Below, piece after piece: positions 12,057 through 23,054 of a DNA stretch of 64,000 bases. The stretch covers positions 81,592,001 to 81,656,000 of the forward strand of contig JAGIQG010000009.1 of the NCBI GenBank assembly GCA_024679065.1, given 5' to 3'. The translations under genes and the position numbers were made by a program. Below the pieces are notes generated by a model. That model did not search any database, was not told the DNA's origin, and was given only the letters and a program-made list of their open reading frames with translations. This stretch comes from Sphyrna mokarran (taxonomy: Eukaryota). Positions within the stretch are counted from its first letter, which is position 1. Each line of letters begins with the position of its first letter.

Positions 12057-12091
12057 TCAGTCTGAGTTTGGTTCCTTTAGAAAACGTAAGG
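12057..12091 (-). CDS. IGKJ: Ig light chain J segment, cluster 1 (LTFSKGTKLRL)
   Basis: C CTT ACG TTT TCT AAA GGA ACC AAA CTC AGA CTG A|GTAAGT donor. Flanked by a 23-RSS; splice phase matches the C exon. Confidence 0.93.
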
Positions 12092-12130
12092 CACACTGAC
12101 AGCTTCCAGTGCAGGAGCTGTACAAAAACC
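12092..12130 (+). other. 23-bp-spacer recombination signal sequence of J1
   Basis: Heptamer CACACTG (12092-12098), 23-nt spacer, nonamer ACAAAAACC (12122-12130). Confidence 0.93.
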
Positions 12131-12395
12131 TCTGTCTCTGACTCACTCACTCACTCACTCATCTCTTTCTCTCTCACTCTTTCTCTCTCCCTGTTTCCCT
12201 GAATGTCTCTGTGTTTTATTGAGAGAGTTGAGAATTTTAATTTGAGATGATAAATCTTTCAGCTGCTCTTCATATGTGAACATGGAGAGTAAGAGGGAAA
12301 CTCGAGGCCTTCAGTGAGCGGTGGACACCACAGGGACTGGAGTGTGTAGTGGACAGTGCAAATAATTTGTTCAGTTTCCTTTCTTGTGTTTGTTA

Positions 12396-13058
12396 ATTAT
12401 TATATAAAACTGTGGGATGTGTCAGTACAGGAGGTGGGACTGTGTGTCCATTATTATATATTATATAAAACTGTGGGATGTGTCAGTACAGGAGGTGGGA
12501 CTGTGTGTCCATTATTATATATTATATAAAACTGTGGGATGTGTCAGTACAGGAGGTGGTGCTGTGTGTCCATTATTATGTATTATATAAAACTGTGGGA
12601 TGTGTCAGTACAGGAGGTGGGACTGTGTGTCCATTATTATATATTATATAAAACTGTGGGATGTGTCAGTACCGGAGGTGGGACTGTGTGTCCATTATTA
12701 TATATTATATAAAACTGTGGGATGTGTCAGTACAGGAGGTGGTGCTGTGTGTCCATTATTATATATTGTATAAAACTGTGGGATGTGTCAGTACAGGAGG
12801 TGGGACTGTGTGTCCATTATTATATATTATATAAAACTGTGGGATGTGTCAGTACAGGAGGTGGGACTGTGTGTCCATTATTATATATTATATAAAACTG
12901 TGGGATGTGTCAGTACAGGAGGTGGGATTGTGTGTCCATTATTATATATTATATAAAACTGTGGGATGTGTTAGTACAGGAGGTGGGACTGTGTGTCCAT
13001 TATTATATATTATATAAAACTGTGGGATGTGTCAGTACAGGAGGTGGGACTGTGTGTG
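12396..13058. repeat. 61-bp tandem minisatellite, 11 copies, in the V1-J1 interval
   Basis: Unit attattatatattatataaaactgtgggatgtgtcagtacaggaggtgggactgtgtgtcc. The anchor tgtgggatgt recurs at 12411, 12472 ... 13021. Confidence 0.97.
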
Positions 13059-13062
13059 TTGG

Positions 13063-13090
13063 GGTTTTTGTAAGGCTCTGTATCACTGTG
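13063..13090 (-). other. 12-bp-spacer RSS of V1
   Basis: CACAGTG-ATACAGAGCCTT-ACAAAAACC with consensus heptamer and nonamer. V12/J23 is the kappa-type configuration. Confidence 0.97.
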
Positions 13091-13388
13091 CAGGGCCAGC
13101 TGTGACATTGCTGACAGTAATAATCAGCGACATCCTCATTCTGAACATTGCTGATTGTCAGGGTGAATCTTGTCCCAGATCCACTGCCGCTGAATCGGTC
13201 GGATACTCCTGTGAATCGAGTTGATGCAGCATAGATCAGCAGAGCCGGTTTCTGTCCTTCTCGCTGTTGATACCAACTCACATAGCTGCTAACAGATTGA
13301 CTGGCCGTACAGGTGATGGTGGCGGTCTGGCCCAGGCTCACTGACAGCACCGGGGGAGTCTGGGTCATGATGATCTCTCCATTGATAC
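13091..13388 (-). CDS. IGKV: Ig light chain V exon, cluster 1 (unrearranged)
   Basis: cag acceptor at 13389-13391. (G)[98 protein letters not shown], with conserved Cys, Trp and DxADYYC. Confidence 0.97.
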
Positions 13389-13574
13389 CTGAGGGGTAAT
13401 AGAGAAACAGAGTGAAGTCAGAACTGTCACAGAAAGAGGCTGTACAATGAGATATTGTTGAAGACACCGACTGTTCATCTCCTTTCAACATTTTCCCTTC
13501 AATCACAAGTCAGGAGAATTGGATTGAAATGGAGAGCAGGAAAATATTCAAGGTGGAAGGAGAGAGATTAGTAC

Positions 13575-13623
13575 CTGCGATGCAGAATGCCAGAGGCCAG
13601 AGCAGCTGGATGGCTGAAATCAT
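13575..13623 (-). CDS. IGKV: Leader (signal peptide) exon of V1
   Basis: accATG, MISAIQLLWPLAFCIA-G, then |GTACT donor. 186-nt intron to the V exon with matching phase. Confidence 0.92.
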
Positions 13624-13680
13624 GGTGTGTGCTCGTGTCCCTGTGCCTGTTACTGATAAACTCTCCCTTCACTGGGCTCT

Positions 13681-13740
13681 GCTTTATAAAGCTGCAGCCT
13701 GTGAGAGTCTCACTGCCTGTTCCTCAGTTCGTTAATGGTT
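13681..13740 (-). promoter_or_regulatory. V1 promoter region: TATA box and decayed octamer position
   Basis: TTTATAAA at 13683-13690, about 60 nt upstream of the ATG. The position aligned with the V2 octamer-like site reads ATTAACGA (13729-13736). Confidence 0.55.
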
Positions 13741-13950
13741 TGACCCAGAGAAACCACGTCAGCACCTTTCACTTCCTCTTCTTCTCTCTCTATCCCTCAG
13801 TCTCTGTCCCTCAGTCTCTGTTTTTCACTCTGTCAATATCTTTCCCTCACTCGCTGTCTCTCTCTCTCTCTTACTCTCAATATCTGTCCCTCAATCTCTG
13901 TCTCTCTCATTCCTTTGGTATCACTCCCTCAATTCTTATCTCTTCCATTC

Positions 13951-15904
13951 ATAGAACATAGAACATTACAGCGCAGTACAGGCCCTTCGGCCCTCGATGT
14001 TGCGCCGGCCAGTGGACCCTCTAACCTAAACTATTCCAATATCATCCATATGCCTATCCACCGAACATTTGAATGCCCCCAAAGTAGGCGAGTCCACAAC
14101 TGCTGCAAGCAGGGCATTCCACGCTCTCACCACCCTCTGTGTAAAGAACCTGCCTCTGACATCCGTCCTATAACTACCACCTCTAATTTAAAGTTATGTC
14201 CCCTCGTGTTGGTCATCACCATCCGAGGAAAAAGGCTCTCACTATCCACCCTATCCAGTCCTTTGATCATCTTATACGCCTCAATTAGGTCACCGCGTAA
14301 CCTTCTTCTTCTCTAATGAAAATAACCTCAGGTCCCTCAGCCTTTCCTCATAAGGCCTTCCCACCATACCAGGCAACATCCTGGTAAACCTCCTCTGCAC
14401 CCTTTCCAATGCTTCCACATCTTTCTTATAATGCGGCAACCAGAACTGTACGCAATATTCCAAGTGCGGCCGCACCAGAGTTTTGTACAGTTGTAACATA
14501 ACCTCACGGCTCCTAAATTCAATCCCTCTACTAATAAAAGCTAACACACCGTACACCTTCTTAACAACTTTATCAACCTGGGTGCCAACTTTCAAAGAGC
14601 TATGTACTTGTACCCCAAGATCCCTCTGCTCGACAACACTATTAAGGGTCCTTCCATTAGACCTATATTTCATATGCCTGTTATTCCTACCAAAGTGAAT
14701 CACCTCACACTTATCCGTATTGAATTCCATTTGACACCTCACGGCCCAGCTCTGCAACCTATCTATGTCCCTCTGCAAACTGTAACATCCATCCTCGCTG
14801 TCTACAACTCCCCCCACTTTGGTATCATCAGCAAATTTACTAATCCAACCCTTTACACCCTCATCTAGGTCATTTATAAAAATGACAAACAACAGTGGCC
14901 CCAAAACAGATCCTTGAGGTACACCACTTGTAACTGCACTCCAGGTTGAATATTTCCCATCAACCACCACCCTCTGTCTTCTATCAGCTAGCCAATTCCT
15001 AATCCAAATGCTAAATCACCTTCAATCCCATGCATCTGCACTTTCTGCAGTAGCCTACTATGGGGAACCTTATCAAACGCTTTGCTAAAATCCATATACA
15101 CTACATCAACTGCCTTACCCTTATCTACCTCTTTGGTCACCTCCTCAAAAAACTCAATACGGTTTGTGAGGCACGACCTACCCTTCACAAAACCGTGCTG
15201 ACTATCCCTAATCAATTTATTTCTCTCTAGATGCTTATAAATCCTATCCATTATAATTCTTTCCAAGACTTTGCCCACAACAGAAGTCAGGCTCACCGGT
15301 CTATAATTTCCAGGATGGTCCCTACTCCCATTTTTGAACAAAGGGACAACATTTGCCATCCTCCAGTCTTCCGGCACTATATCTGTAGTCAACGGCGACA
15401 TGAATATCAAAGCCAAAGGCTCTGCAATCTCCTCTCTAGCCTCCCAGAGAATCCTAGGGTAAATCCCATCTGGCCCAGGGGACTTATCAATTTTCATACT
15501 CTCAAGATTCGCTAACACCTCCTCCTTATGAACCTCAATCCTACCCAGTCTACAACCTGGTATCACAGTATTCTCCCCGACAACATTGTCTTTCTCCTGC
15601 GTGAATACTGACGAAAAATACTCATTCAGTGTCTCTCCTATCTCCTCAGGCTCCACGCACAACTTCCCACTGCTATCTCTGACTGGCCCTAATCTTGCCC
15701 TAACCAATCTTTTATTATTTATATACCTGTAAAAAGCTTTAGGATTCTCCTGAATCCTATCCGCCAAAGTCTTCTCGTGTCCTCTTCTAGCTCTTCTCAA
15801 CTCCCTCTTTAGCTCCGTCCTGGCTAATTTATAGCTCTCCAGTGCCCTAACTGAGCCTTCACGTCTCATCATTATATAAGCCTCCTTCTTCCTCTTCACC
15901 AGAA
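13951..15904 (-). mobile_element. 5'-truncated CR1 LINE (RT domain) upstream of the V1 promoter
   Basis: ORFs 14988-15929 and 14290-14970 contain [26 protein letters not shown] and FADDTK. atagaacatagaaca tail at 13951. Not present upstream of V2. Confidence 0.93.
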
Positions 15905-16125
15905 GTCCCTCAGTCTCTGTGTCCCTCATTCTATTGATATCACTCCCTCAATTCTTATCTCTTCCATTCTTTGAGTGACTCTCCATTAGTCTCTGTTTCT
16001 ATCCACTCTCACTGTCTCCCTCTTTTCATTCCTGTCTCACTCTCTTTGTTTACCCTCTTGTTCACTCTTTCTTTCTCCTCATTCTCCCACTCTCTATTTC
16101 TCTCAGTTTTTCCCTCACTTCATCT

Positions 16126-17082
16126 CATAGAGTCATAGAGGTTTACAGCATGAAAACAGGCCCTTCAGCCCAACTTGTCCATGCTGCCTTTTTTTTAAAC
16201 CCCTAACCCCAGTTGCTGCATTTGGCCCATATCCCTCTATATGCATCTTATCCATGTAACTGCCTAAATTCTTTTTAAAAGACAAAATTATACTCACTAA
16301 TTCTACGAAAACCTCTGGCAACTTGTTCCAGACAATCACCACCCTCTGTGTGAAAATATTGCACGTTTGGACACTTTTGTGTCTCTCCTCTCTCACCTTA
16401 AACCTATGCCATCTAGTGTTAGACTCCCCTAACTCTGGGGAAATGATATCGAATATCTGGTTGATCTATACTCCTCATTATTTTATAGACCTCTGTAAGA
16501 TCACCCCTCAGCCTTCTATGCTCCAGGGAAAAAGTCCAGCCTCTCCTTATAACCCAAATCAAGTTCTGGTAGCCTCATAGTAAATCTTTTCTGCATTCTT
16601 TCTAGTTTAATAATATCCTTTCTATAATAGGGTGACCAGAATTATATACAGTATTCCAAATGTGCCCTCACTAATGTTCTGTATAACTTCAACAAGACGT
16701 CCTGATTCCAGTATCCAATGTTCTAATCAATGAAACCAAGCATCAGAATGCCTTCTCCAGCACTCTGTCTGCCCGTGACTCCACTTTCAAAGTGCTATGA
16801 ACCTGTATCCCTGTAATTCTTCCCAATGCCCTACCATGAACTTAGTAAGTCCTGCCCTGGTTCAATCTACCAAAATACCTTGCATTAATCTAAATTAAAC
16901 TCCAGTTGCCATTCATCAGCCCACTGGCCTAATTCCAGTTGCAATTGGAAATAACTTTTTTCACTGTCCACTATGCCATCTATCTTGGTGTCATTTGCAA
17001 ACTTACTAACCATAACTCCTATATTCTCGTCCATATCATTAATATTAAGCACAAATCACAGTGGACGCAGCATCGGTCCCTA
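16126..17082 (-). mobile_element. Degraded CR1 3' fragment
   Basis: FTQRVVIVWNKLP motif, catagagtcatagag tail, many stops. Confidence 0.7.
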
Positions 17083-17154
17083 TGCTGATTCTCAGCATAG
17101 TGCCACCACTGATTCTCTTTGTTCCTCTGTATTCACATCTCATTCTGCCCTAGA

Positions 17155-17960
17155 AGAGGCGCCATCCTCCTGGTATCCACTCTGTCAATCCCCTCACAAT
17201 GTGATATGTTTCAATAAGATCACCTCTCATTCTTCTAAATTCCAGTCGGTTCAGGCCCAACTTGTCCAACTTTTCTTGAAATGATAACCTTTCATCCAGG
17301 AATGTGTCGAGTGAATCTTCTCTGAACTCCTTCTAATGCAATGAAATCCTTCTTCAAATAAGGAAATCTAAACTGTACTCAGTATTCCAGATGTGGTCTC
17401 ACCAAGACTCTGTACAGCTGTGGTAAAACTTCCCTATTTTTATATTCCATTCCATTCCATTCCATGTAATGTTTATTACATTATCATGTAATAAACACCA
17501 AAATTCCATTTGTCTTCCTAATCACTTGCTGTAGCTGCAGACTAAATGGTTGTGATTCATGTCCCAGGACAGCCAGATCCCTCTGTAGCACCGAGTTGTG
17601 CAATCTCTCTCCATTTCAATAGTTTACTGCTTTTCTATTCTTCCTGCCAACGTGGACACTTTCACATTTACCCAGAGTGTACTCCAAATGTTTAGCCACT
17701 CACTTCCCCTGTCTCTATCTGTTTGAAGACTTTCTACTTTGTCTTGATAACTTTCTTTCCCCGTCTATCTTAGTGTCAGTGGGTCATTAGTTCAATTCAA
17801 TCCTTTCATCCAAGTCATTGATATGGATTGTGAATAGTTGTGGTCCCAGCACTAATTGTTTAAGAACTCCCCTAATTACAGCTTCCCAACCCCAAAATAA
17901 ACATTTATCCCCTCTCTCTGGTCTCTGTTAACTAATCAATCCTCTATCAATGCTAATATG
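17155..17960 (-). mobile_element. Old CR1-like RT fragment
   Basis: Degenerate similarity to the CR1 RT C-terminus. The paralog at about 39940-40810 translates LSYEEKLERLGLNPLEFRRMKDDLIETY. Confidence 0.6.
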
Positions 17961-18162
17961 TTACCCACACACCATCTTCTTACCCACACACCATCACATC
18001 TTGTGTAGTAATATTTAATGTGGCAATTTATTAGATACCTTTTCGAATTCCCTGTCACAGCTACAAGTTGCCCGTTATCTATTTTGTGACCTCTGAAAAG
18101 GTGGACAATGAGATATGTAAAACAGAAAGAAACTGCTTCACATCGCTGATGATGTCCATGCT

Positions 18163-18272
18163 CCACTGGAGCCTCCAATAGGGACCAGTAAACATTGGTC
18201 TCCTTCCCACTGGAGCCTCCAATAGGGACCAGTAAACGTAGGCCTCCTTCCCACTGGAGCCTCCAGTAGGGA
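18163..18272. repeat. About 2.5 copies of the 44-bp satellite unit (unexpanded paralog)
   Basis: ccactggagcctccaatagggaccagtaaac... The left flank (tgatgtccatg) is the same as that of the large array at 40944. Confidence 0.9.
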
Positions 18273-18327
18273 TCACAGAGATTTACTGCATTTCAAGAGA
18301 GCCTTCGGCCCAAGTTATCCATGTCGC

Positions 18328-18448
18328 CTCAGTGATCTATCACCCCTGAGCTCACTGATCTATCACCCATGACCTCAGTGATCTATCACCCCTGACTTCA
18401 TTTACCTTTTACCCCTGACCTCACTGACCTGTCACCCCTGACCTCACT
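18328..18448. repeat. 23-bp minisatellite (about 5 copies) at the start of an L2-like 3' fragment
   Basis: Unit ctcactgatctatcacccctgac. Downstream sequence ends in ggtgctatataaat (about 18790), an L2-type tail. Confidence 0.7.
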
Positions 18449-18929
18449 GTCTTCCAATTCCCTCCATGGTCTTACTCCTCCCTACCCCTGTGTTCCTGCT
18501 CCAGATTCACATTTCTCCCTCACCTTCTATCTATTGACTCTGCTCCCTAGCCAATCGCTGCTTCCTTCATCCCACCATTGACAGCAGCGTCTACAGATGC
18601 CCAGGTCCTGCTTTCTGTCCTCCCACCCTTAATCCCTCCCCCTCTCCAAATCTTTCTCCCCATCAAACTCCATCCTTTCACCCAAGCCTTTGATCTCTCT
18701 TCCTAAACTACCTCCAGCCCCTCCCCCATTCCGCTTATGCTGCTCTGTGAAACATAATGGGCGATGTTGTACACTAAGGTGCTATATAAATTCAGGTTCT
18801 GTGTAGATTTTGGTTGGGGACAGAATTAGACACAGTGGTGAAGGATCTTGCAGTCAAATATCCTGCTGACAGGATCCAGACTTCAACACACAGAATGGGA
18901 CATTGTGTAAAGTAGGAATTATTAAAAAT

Positions 18930-19959
18930 GTATTCATTGACGGGATGTGGGTGTCACTGGCTATCCCAACATTTATTGCCCATCCCTAATTGTCCTTGCG
19001 AAGATGATGATGAACTGCCTTCTTGAACTGCTGCAGTCCATAAGGTGTAGATACACCCACAGTGCTGTTAGGGAGGGATTTCCAGGATTCTGACCCAGCG
19101 ACAGTGCATGAACAGAGATGTATTTCCATTTCAGAATGGCATGTGGCTTGGAGGGGAATCTCCTGGTGATGTTGATCCCAGGGATCTGCTACACTTGTCT
19201 TTCCAGATGATAGTGGTCATGGGTTTCGAAGGTGCTACCTCAGGAACCTTGGTGAGTTCATGCAGGGCATCTTATAGATGGCACACACTGCTGCCACTGT
19301 TCGACAGCGGTGGAGGGATTTAATGTTTGTGAATGGGGTGACAATCGAGTGGGCTGATTTGTTCTGGATGATGTTGAGCTTCTTGAGTGTTGCTGGAGCT
19401 CTACTCATCCAGACAAGTGGTGAGTATTCCATCACACTCCAGACTTGTGCCTTGTAGATGGTGGAGAGGCTTTGGAGAGTCAGGATGTGAGTTACTCACT
19501 ACAGGATTCCTATCCACTGACTTTCTCTTGTAGCCACAGTATTTATAGGCTGGTCCACTTCAGTTTCTGGTCAATCATAACCAACAGGATTTTACAGTGG
19601 GGGATTCAGCGATGGTAATGACATTGAATGTCAAGGGGAGATGTTAAAATTCTCTCTTGTTGGAGATGGTGATTCCGTGGTACTGATGTGGCATGAATGT
19701 TACTGCTTCAATATCTGAGGAGTTGTGAATGGTGCTGAGCATTGTGCAATCATCAGTGAACATCCCACTTCTGAAGGTCATTACTGAAGCAGCTGAAGAT
19801 GGTTGTGTCTCAGACACGACCCTGAGGAATTCCTGCAGTGATGTCCCAGGATAACTCCCTCCTGACTGTATCCCACTGTGCCTTCTGTGCTGGGAGATTG
19901 GAGGTAGTGAACACGGTTCACCATTTTCTCCTGTCTCAGTAACAAACATCCAGCTGCTC
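18930..19959 (-). mobile_element. Degraded LINE fragment with an internal deletion
   Basis: MEYSPLVWMS..ATLKKLNIIQNK and SLHRCRTVAAVCAIYKM RT C-terminal motifs. The paralog at 46140-49624 retains about 1.45 kb that is missing here. Confidence 0.65.
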
Positions 19960-22901
19960 TGAGCTCCTTCTTTCACTTCCTCTGTTGGTTACGTTTCAAT
20001 CTTCCGATCTGACAGTCTTTGCAGTTATTTTTGACACTGGGGATTTGTGCTGTGGTCTGAATCTCTAACAATAACTGTCCAATCAGTGAAAAGAACAACA
20101 GCTCAGAGCAGTCAGGACTGAGGAGCCAGGCTCACTGGGAAACACATTGGGAAGATCAAAGACATGGTCTTCAGCTCCCGATACAAACTCCATCCCTCCC
20201 CCCTGAGCACTGTCTGCTGCATCGGCACCCCCACATCCCCCATTTGCGATTGTTTCCCCAACCTACTTCCCCACTGCCCTGATCACAGGCCCCGACTTCC
20301 CCATCCCCACCTCCCCTTCCCCCATAGACTGACCTCATGATGGCTTCCCCACCTCCTCCAATTGCCGTCCCTGACACCCCACTCGCTAATCACCAGCCTC
20401 CTCCCAATGGCTTCCTCAACTGGAAGGTTCCTGCTGAACTCAGCAACAACTCTGGTCTCCCCCACCACCGCCCCACCTTCTCCACACACCAGCTTCTAAC
20501 CAAACATCAGCGATGGAATTGTAGAGACATGCAGGAAGAAACTTTAGTAAAAGTCAAACCAGCTTTACCGTCATCGTCACTGCTGATGCACTTTGACCCG
20601 AGCAAACCATTCGGAATTATTTGTGACACCTTGCCATTCTTTGCAGGGGGAATGAACACACAGTAGACGGACAGTTGGGAGTGAAGTTCAGTCAGATATA
20701 GAAGGAAAAGTCGGTCAATCCAGCAGGCAGGGAAGACTTGGGCCTGATAAGGCATGTGGGAGGATTGGAACGCTAAACAGCATCTGTTTTAATACAAGGA
20801 GCCTGTCTGATCAGGCAGATGAACTTAGAGAGTTGGTCAGCACGGGGAAATATGAGATTGTTGTAATCATTAAGACATGGTTGAAAGAAGGACAGGGACT
20901 GGAATCTCGACATTCCAGGGTACAGAAGTTCCAGGTGGGATGGGGATGAGGGGGTGTGTAAGATCGAAAGGGATATTGTTTTATTGATTAAAGAGACCAA
21001 GCCTGCAGTAATGAGGGAGAGATATTGGAACGCTCTTCAAATGAGGTCATATGGGTGGAGCTGAGAAATAGAATTGTACTGGGATTATAGCACAGCCCTC
21101 CCAACATTCAGAGGGAAATAGAGCAGCAGATATGTAGCAAATCACAGAGAGAGACATGAGAGGAATAAGGCTATAGTAATAAAGGATTCCAACTTCACCA
21201 ATATTAATAGAATCACCTGAGTGTGAAATGTTTAGACAGGGTGGAATTTTGGAAGTGATTCCAGGAGAGCTTTTTCTGTCAGTAGATAGATAATCCAACT
21301 CAGGATGGCCCGTGCTCGACCTAATCGTTAGGAATGAATCTGGGCAAGCTGTTGAAGTGTCAGTGGGGTGTGCATTTTGGGGATGGGGTAGATGGACAGA
21401 GCAATGAAACATGGAATTTAATCCTGATAAGTGTGAGGTGCTGCATTTTGGAAGATTTTGTAAAGGTAGGATATACACAATGAACGGTGGGTCCCGAGGG
21501 AGAATTGAAGATCAAAGGGACTTTGGTTTACAAATCCATGGATCCCTGAAGGTTGCATTACAGAGAGAGAATGCGATGAAGAAGGCTTCATTAGCTTGAC
21601 TTCATTAGCCAGAGTTCGAATACGGGAGCAGGTAAATGGGATTGGTATAGATTGGTATTGGATGGTCAGCATAGACATGGTGGGCCGAAGGGCCTGATTC
21701 TGTGCTGTGTAACTCGATGACACTATATGGACTCGGAGCAATTCTATCCCATAGACTGAAGGATGGAATGGAGAGGCTAAATTCATTTGTTTTGAGGACT
21801 TTGTCAGACGTTGAGAAAATCTCCTCACAAATTCACATAGAAAGCCCGGCAGCTATCCACACAGTGAAAAATTTCACCAATATGTCTGTGGGCAGCATTT
21901 CACCATCGTGTCAGACCATAAGCCATTGTTAGAGCTTTTTCAGGACATTAAGCCAGTGCCACCTATTGCCTCTGCCAGGGTGCAGAGATGGGCACTGCTG
22001 CTGGCCAGCATAGGCCGGGAACACAGATCTCAAATGCAGATGCATTGAGCCGCCTGCCACTACCACAGACCATACCGTCACCGCCTGTTCCACAGGAGAT
22101 AGTATTGGCTCTGCATTATTTGGACACCCCGCCTGTCTCAGCAGCCCACATTGAGATGTGGACAGATAGGGAGCTGGTGTTAGCAAAGGGCAGGAAAATG
22201 GTACTGACCGGGAGGCACTTCGACAAGGCAGAGCAAATGAAGCTGTAATTACATTGCAGGGACCAGTTACCCTGTAAAGAGGGGGTGCTATTGTAGGGTG
22301 TCAGTTTCATGGTATTACCCCTTGTGCAATGGCCACTGCTCCAAAAGTTACATGAGACCCAAATTGGCCAGAGGAGAACTAAAGTGTTGGTCAGTAGTTA
22401 TGTCTGGTGGCCTGGCATTGACAAGACATTGAACAAATGGTTGAGCAGTGTGAGAGTTGTCCCACTCAGCAAGTGTTACCTCCATCAGTGAACATGCTCC
22501 CTTGGTCACGGCTTCGTGTAGGTTTTGGACAGATGTTCCTGGTGTTAGTCGATGCCCATTCCGAGTGACTGGACGATCAGATCATGAGACCCATCACATC
22601 CTCCATTTACCATCGATAAACTGAGGGAGATCTTTGTGATCCATGGTCTTCCTGAAGTGTTGCTATCAGACAACGGAGCAGCATTCACGCTGATGAATCT
22701 CAGACTTTGATCAAGTCTAATGACATTTGTCATGTCAGACCAGCCCCCGACCATCCTGCCTCGAATGGGTTGGTGGAGCGAGCCATGCAATGTTCAAGGC
22801 TCCACGTGAAGCAGGTTCATGGGCCGCTGCCATTGCGATTGGCCAGTTATTTGCTGTCCTACAACACTACACCTCACACCATCACTGGGGTCATGCCGGG
22901 G

Positions 22902-23054
22902 TAAGAAATCAGTAAGAATTTAGCAACACCAATTTTAAATCCAACCGATTTATTTGATAGTAAAATTGCGAGCTTTCAACACTCTGTGCCTTCGTCAGGC
23001 AAATGCAGTGTTCTGGTCTGCAATAGCACACATCAGCACAGCCAGTCAGAGATT
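22902..23054 (-). mobile_element. Penelope-like pLTR fragment inserted in the Gypsy remnant
   Basis: Absent from the inverted paralog (about 59710). Minus strand has aaataaatcggttggatttaaaattggtgttg and a hammerhead core. Confidence 0.65.
22966..23002 (-). ncRNA. Minimal type I hammerhead ribozyme motif
   Basis: ttgc-CTGACGA-a-ggcac(aga)gtgtt-GAA-AGCT-C-gcaa: stem I ttgc/gcaa, stem II with two G-U pairs, palindromic AGCU stem III, CUC cleavage triplet. Confidence 0.6.

Noticed and set aside
12356-12363. Octamer-like GTGCAAAT upstream of J1
   Set aside because: One mismatch, and changed to GTGCAAAG in cluster 2; insufficient support.
12396-13058. CRISPR-like appearance of the 61-bp and 44-bp arrays
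   Set aside because: Head-to-tail tandem units with no unique spacers, no cas genes, and a vertebrate context.
12057-13388. Germline-joined VJ or D segments
   Set aside because: V and J are about 1 kb apart with intact 12- and 23-RSS, and no additional complete RSS was seen between them.
13389-13506. N-terminal extension MIEGKMLK... of the V ORFs in the ORF track (also 39082-39199)
   Set aside because: It is the leader-V intron. The real start is the upstream leader exon with canonical GT/AG sites.
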